A DNA stretch of 42,027 bases from Candidatus Woesearchaeota archaeon (GCA_964367085.1 CAYIWL010000002.1:1-42027), one strand, 5' to 3'; counted from the first letter of the stretch, positions 1 through 9,151 are shown. The notes: generated by a model not told the origin, from the sequence alone. Numbers and translations: made by a program.

Positions 1-117
1 CGATTGCTCGCCCATAATTTATTTGGGTGCTTTAAGGAGATTTAGGACTAAGCTATGTGTTGGATATGATTTATATATCAGAGAAATCTTTTTATAGGGT
101 TTGCATTTTAGAATAAT

Positions 118-1185
118 ATGCCTAAATCCCTTGTTTACGAACCACTAACTTCCAAGCAATATACCTCTCTCATATCAGGTTTTTTCTCTCGTGATCTAAT
201 CTCCTGGATACAGCAAAGACACGAAAACCCAACTGCAGAGCTTGAAGTAGGTTATAGCAAAGATAAGTCTTCGATAGTTGGCCATGGAAACTTTCTAACA
301 TTGACTGATTCTGGCTTGTATGTTAAAAAAGGGCATATTGATTTTAAAAAACGAGCAAGGAGTTTAGAAATATCTTTACTTGTAGAATCCGATCAAGAGG
401 ATATAAGCCTTAATTCTCGCTATCATTTTAATGCATCTCTAGATGATGTTTTTGAAGATTCAAGTACCCTTTATTTTCATTATAACATCTTTGATATTAG
501 ATCTCCACTTTACTCTCCATTGTTGCTCTCCACAGATTTAACAAGAGGTATTGTTTTAAAAGAAAAAAGAGAAGCAGTGAATAAAATAACCGAAAATTCA
601 TCAAGAGAAGAGATTATTGCTTATCTTAGAGAGATTGCTTTCAGGAAAATAGACGGACAAAAAGGCATGTCTGCTACAGATATAGCCATTGAAAGGAAAG
701 AAACCGTTGCTAATACAATAAACATAAAGAACAGGCTCGGCATAGAACCAATTGAACGACAAGGAAAAAAAGAAATTCTTAGCCCTCAAGATACGTATTA
801 TTTATTGCATAGGCCTAGAAAAACAATTTCTTTATCGGAATTGCAGGACACCTTTGGCGTAAATGGCCCGGACACTTCAATACTGGAAAGTTTGGGGCTT
901 CTTGATCTGCATGGCAATATCCCTAGAAAAGGAGTATTAAAACTATATGATGAATTATTCTCCATTGAATCGCTGGCACTTGAAGATGGACATTCTCAGA
1001 TGGTACCATTATTTGCCTTAGCTCAACAACTCCATGTAGACCCATCTAAAATTAATCAAGCGCTTAAAGAATTGAGTATTGAATTCATAGTTGATGAGAA
1101 TCAAGACTTGCCAATTCCTTCAGTAAGTGAAGAGGATTCTGAAAAAATTAGGAATTATATAAGATGCTTACAAGAGACCAAATAG
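118..1185 (+). CDS. hypothetical protein, upstream partner of the sigma-70-like gene
   Basis: 355-aa ORF. TATA-like tttatatat (70-78) and ttttatag (90-97) lie just upstream. A 22-nt overlap with the next ORF suggests one transcript. C-terminal stretches (ISLSELQDTFGV.., VPLFALAQQLHVDPSKINQALKEL) resemble excisionase/MerR-type HTH. No family recognised by eye. Confidence 0.55.
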   Translation: MPKSLVYEPLTSKQYTSLISGFFSRDLISWIQQRHENPTAELEVGYSKDKSSIVGHGNFLTLTDSGLYVKKGHIDFKKRARSLEISLLVESDQEDISLNSRYHFNASLDDVFEDSSTLYFHYNIFDIRSPLYSPLLLSTDLTRGIVLKEKREAVNKITENSSREEIIAYLREIAFRKIDGQKGMSATDIAIERKETVANTINIKNRLGIEPIERQGKKEILSPQDTYYLLHRPRKTISLSELQDTFGVNGPDTSILESLGLLDLHGNIPRKGVLKLYDELFSIESLALEDGHSQMVPLFALAQQLHVDPSKINQALKELSIEFIVDENQDLPIPSVSEEDSEKIRNYIRCLQETK

Positions 1186-2972
1186 AAAAGAGGATTTTAG
1201 AAATAGATCCAGCCAAATGGTATGATGTAAAAACTCTTTCTATAAATGGATTTTTAGATGAAGGATTTCGATGGGAGCGCTATTTTTTGCATAGGGGTGA
1301 TATGATCTTGGGTGGGTCGCTGACTTATTATCTAAAGGGATTAAACGGCATATCCTATGACAATAAGGATTACATAAATACTTTCACATTAGCAGACGTT
1401 GTTGGGGATAACCTTTTTGATTATTTAAAACAAAGCCCGCAATTGGTAACTACTGCTGTTTTCGACGGAACACCAATGCAATTCGTATTTACTGGTAAAC
1501 TAAAATCCTTGCAGCACTTAATAAATGAACAAACAAAAGAACAGGATGCTTTAGCAATCTTACCAAAATTATCTATTGATCCCAGCATAATAGCCTATAT
1601 AAACTATAATTCAGAAAAAGCTGTTGAGCAGTTAGCAGAGGACACTGGATTAGATCCATCCTATGTAGAAGCATTGATGTATAAACTTTTGCTAAGAAGC
1701 GACCTCACAACAGAAAGGGCAACCGCATTAAAAAAAAGGATAGATGACTTAGGAGAAGAAGATCAACAAACAAGAGCACATTTCACGCCAAGTATAAGTG
1801 TTTTAAGATTTTTTGGCGACAGAAAATCAGAAAATCAATCTAGAAAGGTTCAATATAGTATCCAGGAAGCCATGAAGATATCCGGGAGGCCATATGAAGA
1901 AATCTCAAGAGCGATTGATGCTGGAGTGTTAAAAGTTCGAGTTATCTCTCCAGAAAGAACTGAGAGGATCCACACATATTCTATTAGCAGCTCTTCTCTA
2001 GAAAAATTCTGTAAAAATGGATATGTTCCTCCAATTATGACTAGAAGGGAAAAGATATTAGCAAAAAAGAAGAAACCTGTTTTTCGATCTAAAAATGAAG
2101 AATGGATGTCTTTTAGGTCTTTATTGAATTCTCCATTGTCTATACTGCAGAGGGATATTGATTCAAACGAGATTCTTACAAAAGATGAAGAAGTTGAATT
2201 ACTTCATAGGATAAAAGAAGGGGACACTTTGGCACTGAATGATTTAGTGGAAGCCCATATCCCTTTTCTTGTTGGCATGGCTCGACAATATGATTGGAGG
2301 TCTCATAATTTAGAATTAAAAGATTTAGTGCAAGAAGGTGTTTTTGGCTTATGCGAATCAGCTCATAGATGGAATCATGAAATGGCAGTAAATAAAGAAA
2401 CAGGTAAACCTTATAATTTTCAAAGTTACGCTATATGGTGGGTTAGAAGCTTTATTGGAAAAGCACTTGTACATGGGCAGGCAGTGTCAGAACATAATGA
2501 TGTATTTAATAGTGGAAGCAAAGTATTAAGAATTTATAATTTCTTGGCGCATAATTTTGAGAGATTTCCTACACCGGAAGAAGTAGCAAAGGAAACAAAA
2601 GTACCATTGCATATAGTAAATAAAATCCTTAGCCACAATAAAAGGGGTCTTTCTTTTGATAGAAAACTCAGAGAGGATGAGGATGAAAACCTTTACAGTG
2701 TAACGCAAAATGAACAAGCTGAGGAAGAATCCAATGAAATATTTAGAAATGCAGACAGGGAAGATGTTAGAGCCATAATAGATGAATTGCCTAATAGAGA
2801 AAAAGAGATATTAAAACTATATTTTGGAATCGGCACAGATCATCCATTAACACTAGCGGAAATAGGGAAGATGAAAGGATTGACAAAAGAAAGGATCAGG
2901 CAGATAAATGAGAAAGCATTGGATAAATTAAAGCATCCTTCTAGAATAAAAAGATTAGAAGAACTTCTTTAA
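1164..2972 (+). CDS. sigma-70 family protein (RpoD-like regions 1.2-4.2) with ~335-aa N-terminal extension
   Basis: The C-terminal ~267 aa read as canonical sigma-70. Motifs: ILTKDEEVELLHRIKEGD (1.2); LVEAHIPFLVGMARQY and DLVQEGVFGL (2.1-2.2); FQSYAIWWVRSFIGKAL (2.3-2.4); RFPTPEEVAKETKVP (3); LPNREKEILKLYFGIG..LTLAEIGKMKGLTKERIRQINEKALDKLKHPSR (4.1-4.2). The N-terminal part contains an HTH-like stretch, YSIQEAMKISGRPYEEISRAIDAGVLKV. Confidence 0.85.
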   Translation: MLTRDQIEKRILEIDPAKWYDVKTLSINGFLDEGFRWERYFLHRGDMILGGSLTYYLKGLNGISYDNKDYINTFTLADVVGDNLFDYLKQSPQLVTTAVFDGTPMQFVFTGKLKSLQHLINEQTKEQDALAILPKLSIDPSIIAYINYNSEKAVEQLAEDTGLDPSYVEALMYKLLLRSDLTTERATALKKRIDDLGEEDQQTRAHFTPSISVLRFFGDRKSENQSRKVQYSIQEAMKISGRPYEEISRAIDAGVLKVRVISPERTERIHTYSISSSSLEKFCKNGYVPPIMTRREKILAKKKKPVFRSKNEEWMSFRSLLNSPLSILQRDIDSNEILTKDEEVELLHRIKEGDTLALNDLVEAHIPFLVGMARQYDWRSHNLELKDLVQEGVFGLCESAHRWNHEMAVNKETGKPYNFQSYAIWWVRSFIGKALVHGQAVSEHNDVFNSGSKVLRIYNFLAHNFERFPTPEEVAKETKVPLHIVNKILSHNKRGLSFDRKLREDEDENLYSVTQNEQAEEESNEIFRNADREDVRAIIDELPNREKEILKLYFGIGTDHPLTLAEIGKMKGLTKERIRQINEKALDKLKHPSRIKRLEELL

Positions 2973-3036
2973 GATCAATTATATACTAGAGAATATAAAT
3001 CCAAAGGTTTTTAAATAAAAAAAGTAACTTCTAATT

Positions 3037-4812
3037 ATGAAATCCCAGAAAGTCGAGCATGGAATTGAAGCTATCAAGGAAGAGAATCTTGATGAAATAA
3101 AGAAAAATCTTCAGGAAGCCAAATCCAAAATAGACAAGTTTCAAAAGGCTCTTTTAAAGAAATTTGACAAATACGTTCTTGGAATTGCACTGCTTCCTCC
3201 AAAGAAGGAGGATAAAGGCAAAGTTGACTTGTTTGTCCTGTTTGATGATAATGACAGCAAGAAGATGAACAAACTTGATTTGAGAGACAGGCTTGTTTCT
3301 ATAACTAAAAATATTGCCAGCGAGATTGACAAAGACTTCGTTGTTGAAGTTGTTTTGCTCAGTGAGTTGAAACAGGATTGCTTTGACAGCAAATGGGAAT
3401 TAGTCGGCTTGATTGGAATTGGGATGATAATTTATGATCCTAATGATTTGCTTGCCGCAGTAAAGATAAGCGAAGTTCATAGAAGCATGGTGCTGAAGAA
3501 ATTTGACAAGTACATTGTTAGCTATGTTGCTGCCGGAAGCTTGTTCAGAGGAGAGAAAGCGAATGACATTGACGTTTACATAATTGTCGACGATACAGAC
3601 GTGAAAAGAATGCCTAGATTTGAGCTAAAAGAAAAATTAAGAGCAATAATAATAAGCCAGGGTTTTGAAGCGAGTGCGATTACAAAAGTTGACAAGAAGT
3701 TTCATATCCAAGTTTACATACTTACAGATTTCTGGGAGGGAATTAAAGATGCGAATCCAGTATTCTTTACTTTCCTGAGAGACGGTGTTCCTTTGTATGA
3801 CCGAGGGGTTTTCATGCCATGGAAATTAATGCTTGAGATGGGAAGGATAAAACCAAGCCCTGAAGCTATAGATGTATTTATGAGCACTGGCGAAAGAATT
3901 TTGGAAAGCATTCAATATAGATTAAGAGACATTCTTGAAAAAGATATTTATTGGGCTGTTTTGAACCCGAGCCAGGCAGCCTTGATGCTGTATGGAGTTA
4001 ATCCTCCTACGCCTAAAGAGACAATTGACTTGATGGAAGATATTTTTGTTAAGAAAGAAAAACTTCTTGAGAAAAAATACGTTGATATCCTCTCAAAAAT
4101 AAGAAAATGGTACAAAGATTTAGAGCATGAGAAAATCAAAAAGATTTCTGGAAAGGAGATTGATCTGCTTTTAAAAGAAAGCGAGGATTATCTTGCAAGA
4201 ATAAGAAAATTATTTGACCAGATTGAGAAGAAAAAAGAGGAGGAAGATATTTTACAAATTTATGATGCTAGTAGGAAAATTGTCGGCGATATTTTGAGCA
4301 TGAATAAAATCAAATCAAATGAGCTTGAAAAAGGGCTTTCCAAACTTGTAGATAAAAATGAATTGGATAAAAAATTACTTGTGATGTTTAAAGACTTGAC
4401 AAATGCAAAAGTAGAGTACAAGAAAGGAAAATTATCAAGAGCTGAAATTGACAAGGTAAGGAAGGATTCAAGATTATTTATGAGAATCTTAATTGATTAC
4501 ATCCAGTTAAAGAGAGCTAGAGAGCTGGACAGGATAACTGTAAGGGTTAAATATGATAACAAGCTCGGAGAAGTGATGATGTTTGACGAAGTAGCTTTTA
4601 TAATCGAGGACAGCGCTAAAAAGGATAAAATTGGAAAAGGTAAAGTAGGAAAAGACGGAAGCATACTTGGAGTTGAGCAGTCAAGCCTTGAAGAATTTGA
4701 GAACTTTGTAGTCAAGGAAAAGATTCCAAGAAATGTGTTTGTAAAAGAAAAAACCTTTGAGAGCCTGAAAGCTATTTTCGGTAAAGAAATAGAGATTTTA
4801 GTTGGGTATTAA
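3037..4812 (+). CDS. tandem nucleotidyltransferase (MNT-like) domains fused to a HEPN-like helical domain and a coiled-coil tail
   Basis: Two KFDKY..-headed NTase-like modules. The first is degenerate (GIALLPP..VDLFVLFDDND). The second is canonical (AGSLFRGEKANDIDVYIIVDDTD). A following helical region (PSPEAIDVFMSTGERILE..YWAVLNPSQAALMLYGVNPPTPKE) is paralogous to ORF 16303-17106. Confidence 0.6.
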   Translation: MKSQKVEHGIEAIKEENLDEIKKNLQEAKSKIDKFQKALLKKFDKYVLGIALLPPKKEDKGKVDLFVLFDDNDSKKMNKLDLRDRLVSITKNIASEIDKDFVVEVVLLSELKQDCFDSKWELVGLIGIGMIIYDPNDLLAAVKISEVHRSMVLKKFDKYIVSYVAAGSLFRGEKANDIDVYIIVDDTDVKRMPRFELKEKLRAIIISQGFEASAITKVDKKFHIQVYILTDFWEGIKDANPVFFTFLRDGVPLYDRGVFMPWKLMLEMGRIKPSPEAIDVFMSTGERILESIQYRLRDILEKDIYWAVLNPSQAALMLYGVNPPTPKETIDLMEDIFVKKEKLLEKKYVDILSKIRKWYKDLEHEKIKKISGKEIDLLLKESEDYLARIRKLFDQIEKKKEEEDILQIYDASRKIVGDILSMNKIKSNELEKGLSKLVDKNELDKKLLVMFKDLTNAKVEYKKGKLSRAEIDKVRKDSRLFMRILIDYIQLKRARELDRITVRVKYDNKLGEVMMFDEVAFIIEDSAKKDKIGKGKVGKDGSILGVEQSSLEEFENFVVKEKIPRNVFVKEKTFESLKAIFGKEIEILVGY

Positions 4813-6305
4813 TCATAACTAACCGCCCCTTTCTTGTAACTTTCTTGTCCTGCTATAACCTGTCTTGCGTATTCAATATTAATTTTTGTTCTTTCTTTAG
4901 CTGATCCTAAATAATTTTCCAACTTTCCTTGCAATACTCGTCTTTTATTTTCTGGAAGAGATGAATATAATTCTCTAAATTCGGAATCCACTAATGAAAC
5001 ATCTAATAATTTTCTTCTTTCTTTCTTTGCTCTTCTTCCAATCTCTCTTACAAAATCATGTCCTACTCCATATTTTGAATGAATCCAGGCTTCTCCCCTT
5101 AGTATTGCTACCATTGCTTCACTTGGATTTTCTCTTACTACATTTAGATTTCTTTCAATAACATCTTCATTGATAGAAAGTTGAGTTAAACATCTATTTA
5201 CTCTCACAAAAGACTCATATGTTTCTGTCATCATCAATTGAGGTTGATACCTTGCTGATTTTGAGCCTCTTAAATCTCGTTGTAGATCTGTTGATATCAT
5301 CCCATATAACAAGCGCATTCCGCTTTCAACAATTGCTGGCGTTCCAGCCACGTTTTCATAATCAATAGGATTATTCTTTGTTGCATCAGCACTTGATCCT
5401 CCTAATCTTTCAGCATTATCTCTTGATGTTACTTCATTAACTGCAGAGGAATATAAAATTCTTATGTCATTTGTAAAATCACCTAAAACATGAATTAAAG
5501 TTGTTAAACTATTTCCAACATCAGCTAATCTTTCTTTTTGAACTATTTGCGATGCCGTATAATCTGGGTTTAAGCCTAGTTTTTCAAGAACTCTCTTTTC
5601 AAATTCCATCGATCTTCCTTCTCCAATAACCATATCTATGCTTGCTCCTGTTCCAACAATGCCTGAAATTTTTCCTTTTAGTCTTGAGAAACTTCTATCT
5701 GTTTCAGATACTCTATCTGCTATTCTTGCTGCATAGCTTGAAATTGTCAATCCGAATGTAACTGGAGATGTGTCTTGCAAATGTGTTCTCCCTATTTGCA
5801 TAATATCAGCTGACCTTTCGCTAATATCACATAATTTTTCTATTGTTTTAGCTATTTCTGGCTTTATTGCTTCCTTCCATGCTTTTTTAAATAGATAAGA
5901 ACGAGCTGTGTCTAATATATCATAAGATGTCGTTCCAGGATGGAGCAAGGCTTTTGTTTCTTCAGATACATATCTTCCTATTTCTTCTATAACCGCTAAC
6001 TGATCATGTCTTGTAACTTGTTCTTCGAGAAGGGTTATATTTAATGGATTTATTTTGTCAAATGCTTTTTCAACTTCATCTAGATGTCTTTGTTTTGCTT
6101 GTCCAAATTCTACTCTTGTTTCCAGTAAAACTTTTTGAATATGAACACAGCACCTCCACTCTGCTTCAGCACTGAGATAATCAGCTAATTTGGCTGAGGT
6201 TTTCACATACTTGCCATCGTCTGGAGAAATAGATCTTAATGAATGCCTTCTAAAAATTCTTTCTTCATCATCTAACTTCGAAACTAAATCAATATCTTTA
6301 TCCAT
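4809..6305 (-). CDS. purB: adenylosuccinate lyase
   Basis: Fumarate-lyase-superfamily motifs GRTHLQDTSPVTFG and GGSSADATKNNP (a divergent form of SSxMPxKxNP). 498 aa. Adjacent to purC and purE. Confidence 0.8.
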   Translation of the reverse strand: MDKDIDLVSKLDDEERIFRRHSLRSISPDDGKYVKTSAKLADYLSAEAEWRCCVHIQKVLLETRVEFGQAKQRHLDEVEKAFDKINPLNITLLEEQVTRHDQLAVIEEIGRYVSEETKALLHPGTTSYDILDTARSYLFKKAWKEAIKPEIAKTIEKLCDISERSADIMQIGRTHLQDTSPVTFGLTISSYAARIADRVSETDRSFSRLKGKISGIVGTGASIDMVIGEGRSMEFEKRVLEKLGLNPDYTASQIVQKERLADVGNSLTTLIHVLGDFTNDIRILYSSAVNEVTSRDNAERLGGSSADATKNNPIDYENVAGTPAIVESGMRLLYGMISTDLQRDLRGSKSARYQPQLMMTETYESFVRVNRCLTQLSINEDVIERNLNVVRENPSEAMVAILRGEAWIHSKYGVGHDFVREIGRRAKKERRKLLDVSLVDSEFRELYSSLPENKRRVLQGKLENYLGSAKERTKINIEYARQVIAGQESYKKGAVSYD

Positions 6306-6311
6306 TTTAGA

Positions 6312-7427
6312 TTAAGCTACCAACTGGTAAACAATTCTTTCTATGCCTGAAACAATTCTTTCTTCATTTGATCTTAAATCTGATTCAAATCTTTTCCCCA
6401 ATAAATGCTGAATTCCTTCGATATATCTAACCGCTATTTGTGCTCTTTGTTCATCTGTATAACCTTTTTCTCCTTCAGAAAATCCCCTTGCAAATTCTTT
6501 TGAATATGATCTAGGATCAAGCTCTTTTACTTCTCCTCTTGCTAATTTTTTTAGTTGTTCATCATAATCATTTAAAAGCCAGAATCTTGAAGAGTCCATA
6601 GTCCAGATTTCATCTTGAGAAACAATTTCTCCTCTTTTGTTTATTCCATGTTCTGTTTTAGTGTCTACTGCAATCAATCCTTTATCTTTTAGAAATTGCG
6701 ATACTATTCCAAAAGCAAACAATGAGCTGTTTCTTATTTGAGCATATTGTTGTGGTGTGCATATTCCATTTTGAAATAATTGCTCTGGAGAAACTGATTC
6801 ATCATGCTCACTTGATTTTGTTGATGGTGTATCCATTATATAAGGCAATATACCATTTGTTACAAGGTTATCTGGGAGTATATGCCCGCAGAAATTTCTA
6901 CCACCTTTAATATAATGCTGATATAAAGAAGTTGATGTTGAGCTCTTAGCCATGTATGCTCTGAGAACGTTTTCGAATGAGATTTGTCTTAAATTTTCTG
7001 CTGCGATTACAATTGAATTATCTGGCAGTCCATCGACTTCAAATTGAGACGTTCCAATAGCAGAGCTGAGCATTCTCCTCATATAATTATGATTTACTGC
7101 AAGAATCTGATCCTTGAATGGAATCTCTCCCCTATTTATATCATGTGTTGATATCCTCTTAGTCCTGACCATAATTCTTAAAGGCAAACCACTCTTTGTT
7201 TCAAGAGCTGGATTTTCAAATTCGATCCTTTGCCCCTTTTTATCAATATAATCTACCCTTCCGCCAAAAATAGAATCAGAAACTTTTCCTGGTCTAACTT
7301 CGAATCCTTTTAATTTAGGAATTAAACCAGAATCTAGAATTTCTTGAGTAGATTGTATCTTGTCATCTTGTTCCATATATCCATACACTAATCTTCTTGC
7401 TTCATCCTGCGTTAAGAAATCTTTCAT
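6312..7427 (-). CDS. purC: SAICAR synthetase, long form
   Basis: KRISTHDINRGEIPFKDQIL (cf. DRISAFD..IP.KG), MDTPSTKS, and a C-terminal extension typical of long PurC. Start abuts the purE stop with zero gap. Confidence 0.8.
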   Translation of the reverse strand: MKDFLTQDEARRLVYGYMEQDDKIQSTQEILDSGLIPKLKGFEVRPGKVSDSIFGGRVDYIDKKGQRIEFENPALETKSGLPLRIMVRTKRISTHDINRGEIPFKDQILAVNHNYMRRMLSSAIGTSQFEVDGLPDNSIVIAAENLRQISFENVLRAYMAKSSTSTSLYQHYIKGGRNFCGHILPDNLVTNGILPYIMDTPSTKSSEHDESVSPEQLFQNGICTPQQYAQIRNSSLFAFGIVSQFLKDKGLIAVDTKTEHGINKRGEIVSQDEIWTMDSSRFWLLNDYDEQLKKLARGEVKELDPRSYSKEFARGFSEGEKGYTDEQRAQIAVRYIEGIQHLLGKRFESDLRSNEERIVSGIERIVYQLVA

Positions 7428-8009
7428 TTAGTCACTTCCGCTTCCATACATTCTTTGAAAATTAACATCCGCTTCTCTGAGGGAATTTATCTTAATAACA
7501 TTTTCTTTTCCTAATAACTCTCTGAATTTTGGATTTACCCCAGAATACATTTGTGCTATAAATCTTCCAACATTTGTAGATCTATAAATTGTGGAATTAG
7601 AACTTCCTGGAGGATTTAATAAACATGTTCTGTTTTCTAAGCCATCTGGCGGACAACTTATTACTGGACCAAATGAATGATATGATAATGTTCCTGATAA
7701 AGCATCTAAACCACCAGCGACGGCAACATAAGCAACTGAACCACTAACTTCATTGTATTCTCTAATTACTGCTTCTAACTCACTTGGTTGTTTATGTGCT
7801 GAGAAAATTCTTATATCAAAAGGAATTTCATATTTTTGCAATGATTTAACTACTTCATCAATATGATTTTTATCACTGTCAGAACCAGCCATGATAACTG
7901 CACATCCTGTGTTTGATTGCATTACTTCTCTAAATTCTTCTCTAAATTTTTTACTTACCATGTCCGACTTATTTTTGATAACAACTTTATAAATATTTAT
8001 ATTTCTCAA
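7428..8009 (-). CDS. purE: AIR carboxylase, class II PurE-like
   Basis: IMAGSDSD, FSAHKQP (SAHK rather than the class I SAHR), VAVAGGLDALSG, and PVISCPP as in the AIRc half of eukaryotic PAICS. The real start is probably the internal ATG at 7961 (MVSKKF..). Confidence 0.85.
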   Translation of the reverse strand: MRNINIYKVVIKNKSDMVSKKFREEFREVMQSNTGCAVIMAGSDSDKNHIDEVVKSLQKYEIPFDIRIFSAHKQPSELEAVIREYNEVSGSVAYVAVAGGLDALSGTLSYHSFGPVISCPPDGLENRTCLLNPPGSSNSTIYRSTNVGRFIAQMYSGVNPKFRELLGKENVIKINSLREADVNFQRMYGSGSD

Positions 8010-8051
8010 TTTCTATTTTTAAGAATTAAGAATTCATCATTAGAAATCTTT

Positions 8052-8561
8052 TTATTTTTCTATAATAATTTTAGCTCTTGTAATAATTACTCTTGCTAAC
8101 TCTAGAATTTCTTGGTAGAGATCATCTTTAATTGAAAGCTCCGTCCCATACTGATACTGTTCTCTAATCTCTATTATTGTCTTTTCACTGATATCTTCGG
8201 TGTTAAGGGCTGCCATCTTATAAATTATTTCTTTTTCTAAGTCGATTTTATTTTCCTCTATTAAGCTGTAAATTAGTGCGAAAGTACATTCCTGATTTCT
8301 AGATTCATATCCGAAATTTGTAGCAATTGCCAGCAAACAGTGATACATTGCATAAAATACTGTGCTTGAGCTTATGTCAGAGAAATTTCCTCTGTTCAGA
8401 TACTCTGTCGCACTAAAGTAGTGTTCTGCTTTTTTGATATGATCTCTTGCTTTTGATTTGTCAGGCTTAACCTTTGCTAAACCGCGATGCTTTCCAGACT
8501 CTTTGAGTTCTCTTTCAGATTTTTTCAAGCACCATTCAACTTTGTTCTTTGCATGACTCAT
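8052..8561 (-). CDS. HEPN domain protein (partner of the adjacent nucleotidyltransferase)
   Basis: 169-aa all-helical protein (ARDHIKKAEHYFSATEYL.., AMYHCLLAIATNFGYESRNQE). Its start lies 1 nt after the stop of the upstream NTase gene, the classic MNT-HEPN arrangement. Confidence 0.7.
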   Translation of the reverse strand: MSHAKNKVEWCLKKSERELKESGKHRGLAKVKPDKSKARDHIKKAEHYFSATEYLNRGNFSDISSSTVFYAMYHCLLAIATNFGYESRNQECTFALIYSLIEENKIDLEKEIIYKMAALNTEDISEKTIIEIREQYQYGTELSIKDDLYQEILELARVIITRAKIIIEK

Positions 8562-8562
8562 T

Positions 8563-9150
8563 TTACATGGGTTTTAGTGAATCAATTATCACCTCTTCTC
8601 CAAAAACAATAATCCCTTTAAGGGCATTAAGCAGGACTTTATCTTTCTTTCTTATGTTTCTGGCAAAATCTTCTTTAGTCTGATAGAGGGGGTGGATTTT
8701 TTTAATATTTATCTTGTTTATCCCATCTATTTCTGCTTTCACTTTTGAAAATCTTTTTTGATTTGTAATTATCATGATGTCTATATCTTTGGCTTCCTGA
8801 TGCTTTTTTAAAACAGAGCCGAACATAATTGCAGCGTCGGCATTTTTTATTTTCTTAATTTCAGAAATCCATACCTTGACATAGTGATGCGAGCCCTCTG
8901 CTTCTCTCATCAGCAGGAACTTTAGGTATTGTCTTGCATAGTCATTGCTAAAATTAAATCTGAAGAACTTAGCTTTTCCCTTTTCATCCGATATTATTAC
9001 ATCTTCTTTTTCAAGTTTCTTTGCTATCTTTAAAGCTCCCATTGAGCTTATACCAATATGATGAGCAATACTATTTGCATTATACTCTAACTCGGGGGTT
9101 TTGAATATTGTAAGTACAAAAAGCATTTCATTATCTGTTATGTTTCTCAT
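8563..9150 (-). CDS. winged-HTH fused minimal nucleotidyltransferase (MNT)
   Basis: N-terminal wHTH (SIAHHIGISSMGALKIAKKLEKEDVI) plus NTase motif MFGSVLKKHQEAKDIDIMIIT (GS..DxD). Confidence 0.75.
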   Translation of the reverse strand: MRNITDNEMLFVLTIFKTPELEYNANSIAHHIGISSMGALKIAKKLEKEDVIISDEKGKAKFFRFNFSNDYARQYLKFLLMREAEGSHHYVKVWISEIKKIKNADAAIMFGSVLKKHQEAKDIDIMIITNQKRFSKVKAEIDGINKINIKKIHPLYQTKEDFARNIRKKDKVLLNALKGIIVFGEEVIIDSLKPM

Positions 9151-9151
9151 C

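Noticed and set aside
1-15. Possible start of a minus-strand gene (ATGGGCGAGCAATCG read from position 15) running off the window.
   Set aside because: Only five codons are visible, which is too little to support a call.
601-4715. Antisense track ORFs 601-789, 2526-2717, 3141-3392, 3714-3911, 3948-4139, 4260-4454 and 4497-4715.
   Set aside because: All lie fully inside, and opposite to, long ORFs with clear domain signatures. Their translations are low-complexity S/F/L/I-rich strings, as expected from the reverse strand of AT-rich, K/E-rich genes.
6722-8099. Plus-strand ORFs 6722-6910 and 7917-8099.
   Set aside because: They are embedded antisense in purC and in the purE/HEPN region. They have no motifs and hydrophobic low-complexity translations.
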